Assembly (NCBI GenBank): GCA_951804945.1
Contig: OX638151.1
Coordinates: 70,184,001-70,248,000, forward strand
Direction of reading: 5' to 3'
Origin: Podarcis cretensis
Lineage: Eukaryota
Length of the DNA stretch: 64,000 nucleotides
This document shows positions 39,760 through 52,279 of the stretch, in pieces. Position numbers and translations under genes: made by a program. Numbering within the stretch: position 1 is the stretch's first letter; each line of letters begins with the position of its first letter. The notes beneath the pieces are model-generated. The model saw only the letters and a list, made by a program, of their open reading frames with translations. It did not search any database and was not told the origin of the DNA.

Positions 39760-41969
39760 TAAAGAAGTTCCAGGTTGCCTGCTATCTATATTAAAAACTC
39801 ATGCAACCAGAAGAACTACATTTCCCAGTGTCCATGGGACCCTGCTTGTTCAGCACTGAAGGTACCAAGGACCAATAAAGGCCTTTTAGAGAGCATTCCC
39901 TGCAGTTGCTACCAAGGAAGTTTCGAGGAAGGAATTGTTACTGTACTTTGATCCTATGCTGTCATATTAGCATATTGTACACTTGAGTAAAATTATTCCC
40001 ACTGCAGATGTTTTAGCATAAATGACTATTAAACCCTCACTCAATCAATCGTTGGTAGGGAGCCTCATATTTGTGCAGCTCAGGGTCCCCCATGATTCAG
40101 ATGATCCTACACTGCAATCCTCTTAAAGGCTGTACAAGACCCTCACATACAAAAAGGAAGGGTAATAAATTCTAAGAAAAAGTTCTATGCTACACTCAAA
40201 AGTTAGAGCACAAAATTGCACAGAAGAGGCTTATTAAAAGTTACAACATATTATTAAAATACCCTTTGAAATATAAAGCATAAATTAAATACAATGTTCC
40301 ATTTTTGTGCCTCCATTATATTTCCCTTATTTCCAATTTGTTATCTATTGCCGAGCACTGTACAGTTGTGTATTTCACAGATTTTCATTAAGGTGATGTT
40401 CACTGCTGGGGCTGCATTTTACCAATGGATGTTGAAAGTTGTATATTGACAATTTTCCCGGTATGTGTTCGTAAAGTGATATATGTGCATTTAATTACTT
40501 CTGCATTGCTAGAGACCTGAACTGAATACCTTAAGCTCTTTCAGTCTGAATATGTTGCACCAATATGCACATTGCATTTAACAGGTGCTTCATATTTCAA
40601 AATATATTTTAACAGTGTATTATTACTTTAAATAAATCTGCTTTGTGCCATTTTGTAGCCTAACTCCCTGGGTACAGTGTCCTCTTAAAAGCTTCAGATT
40701 TAATCTACAATTCTGAACATGCCTTAGAAAATAAGGCTGCAATCTAAACCCCACAATCTGAAATACTGGGGAGGGAGGTGTTGGATGGGGCAGGTGTCTC
40801 TCTTCGTGCGCATCCAAAAGCAGTTCCACTAGTCTCTGTCCATGGACTGATGCTGATATCTCTCCTCCAGTGCAGAGCTCCCCATTCTGCCTGGCAAAAT
40901 TACTGGCAGCAGGATTCCCACCAGCAGTAGCCCATGGAAAACTCCCGAACAAAACATTCCAGGGGCAGAGAAGGGCTGCACAGACCTGGAATAAAATAGT
41001 TTCCAAGCCAGGCTGGCTGCCATCGTTTGAAGACAGTGAGTCTGATCTGGGCTCAGTTGCTATGTCAGCTCCAGGCTGGTGTAGCACTGAGCAGGATTTT
41101 GCCTGCCTTGTGTCCCGGCTGGCATGAATGGCAAAGCTGCAGATTCAGCAATGGCTATGCCACTTCTACACACCCCACTGATGTCCAGGCAAATTTAGGA
41201 TTAGTCTTATTGGAGTAGGACTTACTTCTGAGTAAACATGCCTAGAATTGTTGTGTTAGGTTTCTTACATGCATGTTTCGGAATGATTGTCCTGATCCTT
41301 ATCTGTTGGTTGTCTGGAGTGTACAGGCACAAGACCAGCCTGGGCTCTGCACCCCTTAAGGAGTGTCCAAGAGGTATCTGTCTTTTCCCAGGATGCATCA
41401 CAATCAATGCCATAAACAGAGAGAAACTGAGATCACAGGCCCTGTAAATCAACCAAATCACCCTTTTGTATAGCAGTGTGAAAAACATGTTGCATCTCTT
41501 ACACGGCATGCCCTTTTGGTCTACTTTGTTAAAACCAATGCCAGCAAAAAGGGGCATTGCTAGATATCTAAAAGACTCAGGGCAGAGGCCCGTGATACAC
41601 ATCGATGTAAATTTAGATGCAAATTTAGGCTGACTTTCAGAGAAAGAGGACCCCCTCCCCACCCACCCCAAAAACTTTAGCTGTCAGGTATTTCTCTGAG
41701 CTAAATGGTACCAAGAGGATTTTTCTCTGCCCAGTACATGGCACATGATTTGGGCTCTCTCCCCACCCAAAATCTATTGGCAAAAACTGATGCTTAGCAA
41801 AATGTAACAAACATCTCTGGGGAAATTAAGAGGGTGAGTGTCTGGGGTCTCACTAGCACTCGGCTTTGTAGCCATCCTAGTCACCATGTAAGCGAAGACT
41901 CGGTGCTCAGGCCCTCGACAATAAATAACACTTCTCTCTATGGTTATATATGTGTACCTACTATGCACT

Positions 41970-42103
41970 TAGGTGATTATGAACTGACAAAATGGTCTCT
42001 CTGGCCAATGGAAATATATACCACCATAAATCTGTCCATCTTCTAAGTGCCAAATAAATCATGGTTGTTTTTGCTGCAACACACTAACACAACTACCCCT
42101 TTT
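41970..42103 (+). mobile_element. Putative Penelope-like element terminal fragment
   Basis: ataaatctgt...taagtgcca...gttgtttttgctgcaacacactaacacaactacccct resembles reptile Penelope ends as recalled. Confidence 0.45.
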
Positions 42104-45100
42104 CCAAAGTTTGGGCTTAGCTATACCAGATAATCCAGAAGAAGTCTGGAGAGCAGACAAGTTTGGATTTTTGTTCCTGATTAGTCTTTCCCCTATTAAA
42201 AAGTAAGCCAACTGAGTAAATCAATGGAATAAGCACCCTAAGGCTAGAAAACTAAGGAGAAAGTCCTTGATCTCATTTGGAAAAAGACAAATATTCATAG
42301 TGGTATGGCCTGCACACAGGCATCCCAGCTGCATTAATCAACACATGGCAGTCCACCCCCCTGAGAACTGCCATCTTCTGAGTGATTGCACGAAATGAAA
42401 TTCATGGGGCTAGGCTGAGAATGGCGGAACAAAACTGGCCTGTTATAACACGGCAACAAAAGTGAGACAGGTTGCAAGGGCTCTTAAAATGAAGGCTTTC
42501 TAAATCATTGGGAAGGCATAATAATTAAAGTCTCAGAATACAACCATTACAGACAAAAAAATTAAAGCCATAAAATAGAAGCACTTGGGCAGCAGTGGTC
42601 AACAGGCACCAACCATTCTTTAAAAGTACAGTGTTGATTCATATTAGAAAACCCTTTTCTCCACCATTATATTAATTGTCCATGGGAACAGTGTGGCTGT
42701 TCAGATGACACATGCTAAAAAGAAATTGAGGTATGTCTCAAGGCATTGCCAATGGGCTAATCTGGCCCTTTATTTTTTTCAAGGTATCTTTTTTTTTCCT
42801 TCCCAAAATCTGATGTTCAAAGAACAGAATAAGTACTCTAAATGGTGGAGGAAACATAAGAAATAAAATAAGTAAATAAATAAATATTTCCACTTTCTTT
42901 CTGGATAGCATTTATTATTGCTATAAAAGGAATATAAAAAGGGCATGCAGCATAAGTTTTAAAGTTATTTTTTAAGGAACACAACAGAAGAAAAACAGAG
43001 AAATTGTTAACCAAACCTAGTATCTTAATTTTTTATTTAGAGGCATCAATGTTGAGTTGTAATCTGGAAATATACCCTAATGTCATATTTCCTTATTGGA
43101 CTAGAAAGAAATCTAACACATTTACTACTACTGTTCCCTCTTATTGTGCTTTTATTTGCAGCAAAATCGCCTATGAAGTTGAATCTATTCTGAAATGCAG
43201 CACCAAGATTTGAAGGGGGGGGGACCCACAATGATTAAAGGCCAGAGATCAAAGAAAGAGAGTGAATTGTGTGTGCATCCAAGTATAAAAGCTGCAATAG
43301 GTGTAAAGACTGCAATGCTTTTAGATCACTACCACACAGAGTATGAGTGCAACTTGGTATTGTTGAAGAACATTACAGGAGGTTGTTGGGAAATACTGGT
43401 AGTTCTTACAACTCAGATAAATCATAAAGGTAGAAGGCACTACTAAAACTCTACTTTTAGAATCTTGCTGTATCTGGTACCACTACCATTTAACATGTTT
43501 TATTGCCAAAGTTTCTTAGGCACTGGACAGAAAATAAGTAAGCACAGGGGGAGTATAGGAAGAGGTCACCGTGTGATGAATGAACAATGGGAAAAGGATA
43601 CAGAGTCCAGTGTTAACAGTAAAGTTGCAGATAGAGGCTTTGCTGAAGAAATGGATTTTGTGTAAGGTTGCAATGAATATTCAGGAGTGAACATTTTTGA
43701 TATGAAATGAGGGGTGTAATGAGAGGTGGGATGTCCAAAAATGTCTCTCCAAAGACCATCAAATGTTGACTTTTTCACACAGCCATTTGACCATGTTCAT
43801 TTTCACTTTGGACAGCTGTTTAGGCACTTTTTTTATTCCGCTTCTCCTTATTTCGCACACTGTATTAACTAGCCAATTAGGGATCACATGGCGAATGTGA
43901 TTGTTGTATGTTACAATTCCATACTGCCAATCAGATTTCACATTGTCGCAATATTACAAACATAGCTAATTCATTGTGAGGGTCATTCTTTTACTCAGTT
44001 GCTTCACACTGCATGGATAAGTGGGAAGGAACACGTAATGAGTGGTGGAAAGGGGGAGTGTGCATACAAATGTTGCAGCTTACAAGATAAGATGGGCAAA
44101 AATCATCAGACCTGCTACTACCCTCCCCGAACCATCACCCATGGAGAGAGGCTTTTCAGTGTCTGTGAACAGGGCTGTGAAGTCTGGAGATCTGTTTTGA
44201 TTCAGCCACAATGTCATGTATAGAATAGGAAAGGCAAGCACCTTCATGAACAGAGAAGGGGAGGATGCCACACCATGGGAAGAATTCTATCAGAAGCCAC
44301 TGAGACAGGAGTTGAAAAAGAAAAGCATTAATAGCATATGAGTTGGTGCAGAATGAAGAATGCAGGAAAAGATGGGAAGGAAGAAATGGGAAGACTGCCT
44401 TAAGTACTAAAAGCTTGGTGTGGAGAAAGTGCAATACTTGTATAAATTCCCTGGGGGGAAGACAGGGGGAATGTGGGCCCATGTCACACCAGTGCTAAGG
44501 GATCATAGACTGCCTATGAGCCACTGAGCCAGTTTTACAGTATTCTTACATATAAAGCCCTAAACAACTCTAGAGCAGGTTGTCATCTTGGCTGTAAGTC
44601 CTGGAAGACCTGTTTCCTGCCTTACAGGCCTTTTTCCACCTGACCTGGGAGGATGGGGCCCAGGAATCACTCCAGATACAAAAGCTAAGGCAGCTGTCTT
44701 GGCTGTCTCTGAGTGCAGATCCGGGTCATTGAACCTGAGCTTCCACAGCCACTGCCCAGTAGATGTTTTATGCTTATGATAATATTTTATTCTCTTGCTA
44801 ACTATGCTCTTTTAAATGTGCATTTTTATACTTGACTTCCTATAGTAAGGCTTTGTTTTGATTTTTTTTTGTTAATTTTGCTGTGTTAAATGTGCATTCT
44901 GTAGTTGACCTCCTTTGCAATGTTTTATTTTGAAATCTTTAATATTTTAGTTTCCTGTCAATTATGTCGCCTTAAATGTATACTTTGATGTTTTTATGTG
45001 TTATTAACTGCTTTGAGGATTTTTTTTCATAAAAATATAAAGTGGTATAAACATGAAATGAATAAGAAGAATACAAATACCTGGAAGATCAACTCTCCAC

Positions 45101-45159
45101 CCCATTGCTCAGTAAGGGCATTAATATCTACAACCGGAACCTAGTTAGTCCTATGATAG

Positions 45160-45510
45160 TCTGATGATTTATGGTGAGACAGAGGTGGGGTTTTCACTGG
45201 TAGTACTGGTGTTGTGGTATGCATTTCCTGCAGAAATATGAGGCCCCATCTCTACTGGCATTCTGCCAGTTCTTGAAGATGCACCTGTTCAGAAATGCAT
45301 TCCCTTGATCTCTTGACGCAAGACTCGTTTTTTATCACTTTTAATTGGATTCTTTTATTGTACATTTTAACTATGAGTGTTTATATTGTAATGTTTTAAT
45401 GTGATTGGGTTCTTTATTTTAATTACGGTTTTCTTTTAACTATTGTGTATTTTAATCATGTCTGTCTTGTGTAACTATTTTCCATATTTTGCAAACTGCT
45501 TAGAGCCTCC
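45160..45510 (+). mobile_element. Old L2 3' end with T-rich UTR
   Basis: Degenerate L2 terminal coding motif followed by a T-rich tract and gcaaactgcttagag, as at 2.3-2.6 kb. Confidence 0.45.
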
Positions 45511-46184
45511 ATTACAAGTTTCATCAGGCCCTTTAAAACCATATATCATAAATGAATGCACCAAAATATGTGTATAGCTGTATTCCATGCAGCAATGACA
45601 TTTGAATTTAAAGCATTGCAGCTAGCAATAGAAATTATGATCTGTAAATGCCCTTCCAGTTGGTGAGGATAAGATCATCTGAACCCTCAACAAGCAATTT
45701 CCGTAGTGTTTAATTGGTGGAGCCATATTGGGAATCATCAAAAAAGAAAAAACATCAGGCATACACTGCATATTTGCTAAGAGAAGGAAGGAAATGGGCA
45801 ATAACAACAAAGGGATAATTGAGGGCACAAGATTGTTAAAACTTAGGCAATATCCACATAATCTTTCACAAGACATAATACAATACACCACCTGCAGATA
45901 GTATAATTAACACAATTGTGGTTAGCTTAAATATATTTAATCCGTAGTCATCTTAATTTCCTAAATATCCTTGGCAGTAATTCCTAAACTGTGGTGTAAG
46001 GACTGCTTGTGGTCCATAGGGTGTTTGCAGGTAAAGTTCCATGGTCACAAAGAAATAACACAGCAAAGTACGGAAGGCCTTTCCAGACCAAGGAGTGATA
46101 AATGCTGAATTAACACTCAGTTTCTCATTGTTTCTTTATTAAACACAACAAATATATGTTTGTGTGTGTGTGTTTCAAACATAC

Positions 46185-46435
46185 AAATAATTGCAATAAA
46201 AACAGCACTGCACCATCCCTTTTATTAAAAGCAGTCAGCTCCCCAAAACCTGTTGGAACAAGAAGGTCTTCACCTGCTGGCAGAAGGACAAGGAGGGAAG
46301 CAGTCTATCTTATCCCGGGAGGGAGTTCCAGTGTGGGAGCAGCTACTAAAAAAGCCCTTTCCCACATCCCCACCAAGTGTGCCTGTGAGGGTGGTGGGAC
46401 TGAGAGGCCTCCCCCAAAGATCTCAAAACCAGAGG
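46185..46435 (-). mobile_element. L2 LINE 3' fragment
   Basis: Reverse complement contains agggcttttttagtagctgctcccacactggaactccctcc (RAF..AAP.LWNSLP-like). Confidence 0.6.
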
Positions 46436-46494
46436 AACATGGTCTTTCATATAGTTTGAACCTAAGACATACATAGCACTTTACAGATTGCCAT

Positions 46495-46865
46495 GTAAGG
46501 ATCTGTCAGTTTAAGTTCTCCCAGTTTCTTATTTTTCCAAACTTAAATTCAGTTCTCCACATTTCTGCAGCAATTTGTGATTAAAAAAACACTTCTGCAT
46601 TTTAGTGCAAATTTCTCCTAATAAACACTTTTTCTATGCATTTTGTAAGCATTTTCTCCTAACAGAATGCCTTTCTCACGTTATGTTCACTAATACATTC
46701 ATTCATCTGCACATTTTACATAATATATGCATTTTTGTTATCATTGGTTGGTAAGAGAGCTGCATCACAAAATTCAGATAAGTATGAATTGCAAAGGACA
46801 GAAGTGAAAATTTGATAAATTCGCCTTTAAATACAAACAGATTTGAATTTCTCCTCCATCCCAAG
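46495..46865. mobile_element. AT-rich putative non-autonomous DNA transposon
   Basis: Internal degenerate subrepeats (tttctcctaa...tgcatttt) and a hAT-like terminus ctcctccatccc. Confidence 0.4.
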
Positions 46866-47669
46866 TCAAGAGACACTGAGCATGTGCAATCCAATCAACC
46901 GATACTTTCCCTTTCTCTTCATTTCATATGCCCAGTTGCATTTGAGTGCCAACAAACTGAGTTTTAATTCAATTTCTAGCAGCCTCTTATGTTGTGGCCA
47001 TGACATAATACAATGTGCTAGTGCGCAAAGAACAACAAACTAAAGCAGTGGTCTGCAGTACAATGTAGCACTAGCCTAAGAGGAATATAGTCACATAAAT
47101 GATTGTGTTAAGAGTTGACAAAGATTTTCTGTTGTCTGCTAAAATTCTAGTCGAAAGTAAAATAAATCTTCCATGAAAAATTCCAATCCCTTCCCTTAAA
47201 AAATAAATAAAAAGATGGTGATTATAGGGTTCTGATTTGGTTTGTTTCTTCACCACATTGTTCTTAACCATATGGTGAAGTGTAGCTGCACGGTCACTGG
47301 AGATGCTCTGGGGTACTGTACGTACTATAAATGTGCTTTTTAATGTCAAAGACTTCGCAGGCTATTGTTAAACCATTTTATAGCTGTTCCTTTCATTTCT
47401 ATGTTCATTACAACACCACTGTATAATTTACTGCTTGGCAAGGGCTTTGGGCATAGAGCCATGTACAATAAATGTGTAGCTTTACATAACTTCTTATAGA
47501 AAAAAATAGCTTTGTAAGTTTGGTAAAGCGTTGAGTCATTGTTCATTGCAAACTTTTAATTAAACAAAACATTCAGTTTCTTTTTCTTTTGCAACACATC
47601 AGATGATTGTTTTCTCTTTACTTTAAGCACTTGAAAACTTTTTCTACCCAGGGAGGCCATCCCCCCCCC

Positions 47670-47810
47670 TTCTTCTTCTTTTTAATTGTTTTTATTAAAG
47701 ATTTTCTGGGGTTACAAAAGTACATACATCGTTTCTATTTTCAGATCGTAAAGTACTTTCTATGGATCATTTTGTTCAGTGTGAGACTTTAATGTTGTAA
47801 ACAGTATTAT
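47670..47810 (-). mobile_element. Putative L1/Tx1 3' end
   Basis: Minus-strand AATAAA followed by an A-rich tail. Confidence 0.4.
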
Positions 47811-48484
47811 TCTGAATTTAAGAAGTCCACAACCACCATTTTCAATCCCCTTCACAACCACACACAAACCCTTTTGCCTAGCACAATTCCCACCTAGAGC
47901 TCCCAGAGTACCATGGACCCTAAATGAGCATATGTTTTATCTGTCGAGTGCACTACAGCAACACAACAGCTGTGCAGCAAAGTATAACATGCAGAGGCCC
48001 AGGTGAGCCTTTATGTTGCTAAATAAGGATAGCCAAATCTTTATGCAAGGCTCTCCTTGGCAATAATTCACAAGTATTAGCCAATGCAAAATATTGCAGC
48101 CGACCTTCTAATGGTGATTCACCCAGTCCATATTCTCCCAGACCCTGCATTACCTTCCAAGCTGAATTCAAGTGGCTGGTGGCTATGAACCACCCTGTAG
48201 CTATAAGAGCATCTCTATCATAATGTTTAAGCATACCACCACTATGAACCAAATAATGCCTGCAAGGGAATATAAACAAGTGTCATGGATGGCTGCACCG
48301 AAACTCTAGAATTACTTTCTTAAGAAGACATGCCCAAGGTTGTAGGGATGTAAGGCTACTATGGATGTTTTTGGTCACATGGATGGAGTGGTGTGGAGTA
48401 TAAGGTAGAATACACTGCTAACAGTCCCAAGTCTTTGGGATAGGGTAGGCTACAAGTCCAGTAAATAAACAACAGCCAGACTCG

Positions 48485-48635
48485 TGCAACATCCACATAG
48501 TACATTTAAAGCACATGGCTTCCCCCAAAGAATCCTGGGAACAGTATCTTACCCTCCACAGAGCTATTAATCCCAGAACCTTTGACAAACTACAGTTCCC
48601 AGCATTCTTTGGGGGAGGCAACGTGATTTAAATCG
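48485..48635. mobile_element. Palindromic MITE just upstream of the CpG island
   Basis: ~43-bp arms atttaaa...cttcccccaaagaatcctgggaac / gttcccagcattctttgggggagg...tttaaat. Confidence 0.65.
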
Positions 48636-49514
48636 GAGCCATAGCTGTCAACTTTCCCTTTTTTAAAAGGAAATTCCCTTATTCCGAATAAGATTCCTCG
48701 CAAGAAAAGGAAAAGTTGACAGCTCCATTTGATCAGGTCGTCCTCAAGACACCGTGCAAAACTTTTATGCATGGGCAGCAGAGTCTGGAAGCCCCGCTAG
48801 ATTATTGTGGTGGAAAAACCCAGTTGGTCACTTCAGCCAATGCATTGTTTAATTCCAGAAAGGTTCGGTGGGAGGCTGTGCACGTTTACCCAGTCTCGCT
48901 TAGTCAATCAAGTAAGCGGCACAGGAAGCCAGCGCGCCCGTTATTGCCTAGCAATGTATTGATCGGTCTGTATATTTACAGCCAGTGTCAGATTTCGGCC
49001 TCAACTCCTCCCTTCCCATAAACTGTCGCCACATAATAAGTAAACAAAAAAAAACCAAAAAATATGCACGCAGCCGGCCGTCCACAGGAAGATCCTTTAT
49101 CGACAAGTGTTAAAACTTGAGTTTTGTTGTGGGGGGACGGGACGGTTCGCGTCATGCTGCAATCTCGCGCTAGAATGAAAGCCCCACTGATTGATCAAGA
49201 AACGCAACTTCGTACTATTGCACGTGTGCATGCATGAACGGACCGGGGTTAATGTACCCTAGGCCGGGAGATAGGCCAGGCACGAGGATTTCGCCTAACC
49301 TCCTGCGTGGCTTCACGTACGCCTGAGCAGGGGAAGCCGACGACGATGCATAGCAAGCCAAGTCGTCATCTGTGTGTGTGTTTGTGAGTGTGAGTGTGAG
49401 CGCGCGCGTGCCCGCCCGCGCACGTTTGCAACCAGCGGCTCTGGCCCCCCGCACGCGCGCTGCACGGGCAACGCCCCCCTCCGCCCGGGACGCTCTGTTT
49501 CTCAACTGTAAAAA

Positions 49515-49690
49515 AACCACAAACCCACACGCCCCGCCCCTCGCTCCTTGGAATGCCCCGCCCCTTCTCTTCCCGTAACCGCCTCCTCCTCTCGCCCGCC
49601 ACCACCCAGCCCCGCCTACTCTGTGATTGGTCCCGCGCGCTCCTTCGCCGAGAAGCAGGCGCCTCCCTCTCGCGGCTGCCTCAGTTCCGC
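49515..49690 (+). promoter_or_regulatory. TATA-less core promoter: RUNX-type site, two Sp/KLF GC boxes, inverted CCAAT box, Inr-like motif
   Basis: AACCACA 49515-49521; GCCCCGCCCC 49531-49540 and 49555-49564; ATTGG 49626-49630; TCAGTTC 49681-49687. The TSS position is inferred. Confidence 0.65.
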
Positions 49691-49811
49691 GCTCCGTGCT
49701 CGAGTAAGCAGTTGTCCTCCGCTTCCGAGTGCCAGGCGCCGCCGCCGCCGCCGCCGCCTCTGAGGGGAGAGAGGGAGGAGGGGAGAGAGGGAGCGAAGTG
49801 TCATCATTCCT

Positions 49812-49961
49812 ATGAATTGGCTGGGCGGCCACAGCGATAACAGCAGCGCCGCTCCGCCTTCCTCTCGCCGGATACCTGAGGGCAGGCGGCAGCGCCGGCG
49901 TCAAATGGGCAGCGGCGACAGCAGCCGCACCAGCCGAGGGGGCGGCGGCGGCAGGAGCTGA
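49812..49961 (+). other. Candidate upstream ORF (49 aa) in the putative MAN1A1 leader
   Basis: ATG 49812, in-frame ATG 49905, TGA ending 49961. These are the only ATGs between the inferred TSS and the main ATG. Confidence 0.45.
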
Positions 49962-50262
49962 CAGAGCCGCAAACACACCTCGGGTCCGAACTTCCCTCGT
50001 CGGGCGAAAGGCAGCCGCTTCCCGTGAGGGGAGAACTCGCGGAGGAGGAGGCGGCGGCGGCGGCGGCCGAGCAAAACTTCCTGCCGCCGAAGAGGACGAA
50101 GAAAGTTGCCGCCGGCAGCCGAGGGCAGGAAGCGCGGGCTGGTCCCGCCGGCCCGCTCTGGCTGTGACGGCGCCCGCCGCGGCTGTGGCGGTTTGGTGAC
50201 GACGGGTTGCCCCGCGGGCGCCGCCGGCCTACAGGGGGCGCTGAGTCCCGGAGCCCCGCGCG

Positions 50263-50910
50263 ATGCCCGCCGTCAGCCTGTTGCCGCTCTTCGGCAGCCC
50301 CGCCGGCCCGGGAGCCCTGGGCGGCCCTCTGGGCGGAGGTCCCTTGGGCGGGCCCGGAGGCAGGAAAGCCCCCGGCCCCAGCGGCGCGTTCCGCCTGACG
50401 GAGAAGTTCGTGCTGCTGCTGGTCTTCAGCGCCTTCATCACGCTCTGCTTCGGGGCCATCTTCTTCCTGCCGGACTCCCCCAAGCTGCTCAGCGGCGTCT
50501 TCTTCCACTCCAGCAGCAACCTCCAGCAGCAGCAGCCGCCGCCGCCGCCCCCGGCGCACGGGGAACATCAGCGCCCGCCGCAGCCGCCCGGAGCCGGGAG
50601 TAGTAGCAGCGGCTATGGGGCCGCCGCCGCCGCCGCTGTTGCAGAGGAAGCCGCGGAGAACTTGGCCAAGATCCGCGAGGACCACGAGCGAGCTTTGCGG
50701 GAGGCGAAAGAAACCCTCCAGAAGCTGCCCGACGAGATCCGCAGGGACATCCACCAGGACAAGGCGAAGTTTCTGCTGCAGGACAAGTTGGGCAGGAGGG
50801 AGGCGGGGGCCGCCGGGCTGCCGGACTTGCCGTTCCGCAAACCCGTCGGGGCCGTGGGAGGGGAACCGACCGACCCCGCCATCCGGAAGAAAAGGGAGAA
50901 GATCAAAGAG
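50263..50910 (+). CDS. MAN1A1: MAN1A1 first coding exon (cytoplasmic tail, type II transmembrane anchor, lumenal stem)
   Basis: Translation MPAVSLLPLFGSPAG...FRLTEKFVLLLVFSAFITLCFGAIFFLPDSPKLLSGVFFHSS...ENLAKIREDHERALREAKETLQKLPDEIRRDI...DPAIRKKREKIKE matches the recalled MAN1A1 N-terminus rather than MAN1A2/MAN1C1. 648 nt (216 codons), ending at donor GAG|GTGGGT (phase 0), inside a CpG island. Confidence 0.96.
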
Positions 50911-51336
50911 GTGGGTGACTCCTTCAAAGCAGCTTCCCCCCTCCCGCAAATAATAATAACAATGATAATACAGAAATTAACTTCCTTCCCTACGATCCCG
51001 AAAAGTCACTCTCTCGCTTTTGTGTGGCTCGGTCTGGTGTTCTTCTTGGGTACTCTCTCCGCCACCTTGGCGACCCTCCCTCCCATTTTTTCCTGCAATA
51101 ATTTCATTGTTGTCGTTGTCGGGCACGGTCCTGTGTGAGGAGGAGGAGGAGGGCTTTTGACGTGAAGAGGAACTTCTAATGGGGAGAAGACACGTTTCAT
51201 TCAAAATAGTTTAAGCGCTTCTGGTTTTCTTCGAGCTCAGGGGACGATGATTTAAATAGGCTAGGTCAGCTCTCCGATCGTATCTGAAGCTCAGCTTTCT
51301 CTTGTGTTGGCTTGAATCTTATGTCTTGTCTCGAGA

Positions 51337-51357
51337 TGTGTGTGTGTGTGTGTGTGT
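51337..51357. repeat. (TG)n microsatellite
   Basis: About 10 units. Confidence 0.9.
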
Positions 51358-51478
51358 TTTTGCTTGTAGGGGTTTATTTTGTGCCAGAGTACATTTCTGC
51401 TTAAGTGCTACTTGAGATTTCAGCGTTCAAAAGAAAAATCTAGCAGGCGTGCTGGACAGCATAACAAATCCTGACGAT

Positions 51479-51534
51479 ATTATGTAATTTTCTAAACTAA
51501 ATACATCTGTGTTACGTAACTTCCTAAACTAAAT
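51479..51534. promoter_or_regulatory. Tandem pair of D-box / PAR-bZIP-E4BP4 motifs
   Basis: ATTATGTAAT 51479-51488 and GTTACGTAAC 51511-51520 both fit RTTAYGTAAY. Confidence 0.5.
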
Positions 51535-52279
51535 TTGTCTAACTTTTCAAGTCAGATCGCTAAGAGGGCTTAAAAGTTAACTCCAGTATTTTGCTTAGTA
51601 GCAGAAGTAACTGTCATAAAGCATTTTAATGACTGATGGACGTCCTTAACTGTCAATATATTAGTGATTGCCTGGTTAAATGTCCAATTTTGTCTTCATC
51701 CATCTGCCGATTTTACAATGTTCAGTTTTCTCCCTGCTCATCTGCTTTGTCAGTGTTACTGGAAGTTTTCCACATGTGCAATATTTTCCTACTATTTGGG
51801 AAAAGTTGGGAGGAATTGTACTATTACTGTAATTGAGGCCATATGTTGGAGAAATTATAGGATTATATTCATACCACTTCTTAAACATCATGCTTTATGG
51901 ATAATACACTTCATTGTTCACTTGGATCTTGTTAAACTTTTAAAACATAGTAACAGTTGAAAAGTGGTCCTGCTTGTGAGGCACTTCTATTAATCATGAA
52001 ACACACAGAGATGTAGCAATCCTATGCATACCCTGTGGGCAAAATGGCATACAATTTCTTGCACCCTAATTCTTCATGGGACTAACTTGCCCATAAGAAT
52101 TGTTTAATATGTGAAGTGGCCCACATAATATCTTTCATGTTCTTGCCCAAACTTTTGATTAGTGCACAAACAAGTTTAAAAAACCCACATACACAGACAC
52201 TTTATTGAACACCTAAGTTACTACGTGTGTGTCCATGTGTGCTTTTAAGTAACTGCCCTATTCCTGGTGAAAGTCTTAG

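Larger units (their letters stand above)
49060..51290. promoter_or_regulatory. CpG island over the MAN1A1 promoter and first coding exon
   Basis: Abrupt shift to very high GC and dense CpG in an otherwise CpG-depleted window. Edges approximate. Confidence 0.93.

Noticed and set aside
1-49000. Many 60-190 aa ORFs upstream of MAN1A1
   Set aside because: None resembles a known protein other than TE fragments; sizes and alternative starts are consistent with chance.
49683-49709. Short non-coding first exon ending at CGA|GTAAGC
   Set aside because: It would be only ~20 nt from the Inr-like site and no strong acceptor follows; it cannot be supported without transcript data.
49215-49976. 253-aa minus-strand ORF and other ORFs in the CpG island
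   Set aside because: Ala/Arg/Gly-rich products are expected from stop-poor GC-rich DNA; no splice or homology support.
49810-50949. 379-aa minus-strand ORF
   Set aside because: Antisense shadow of the GC-rich MAN1A1 exon and leader; low complexity with no recognisable domain.
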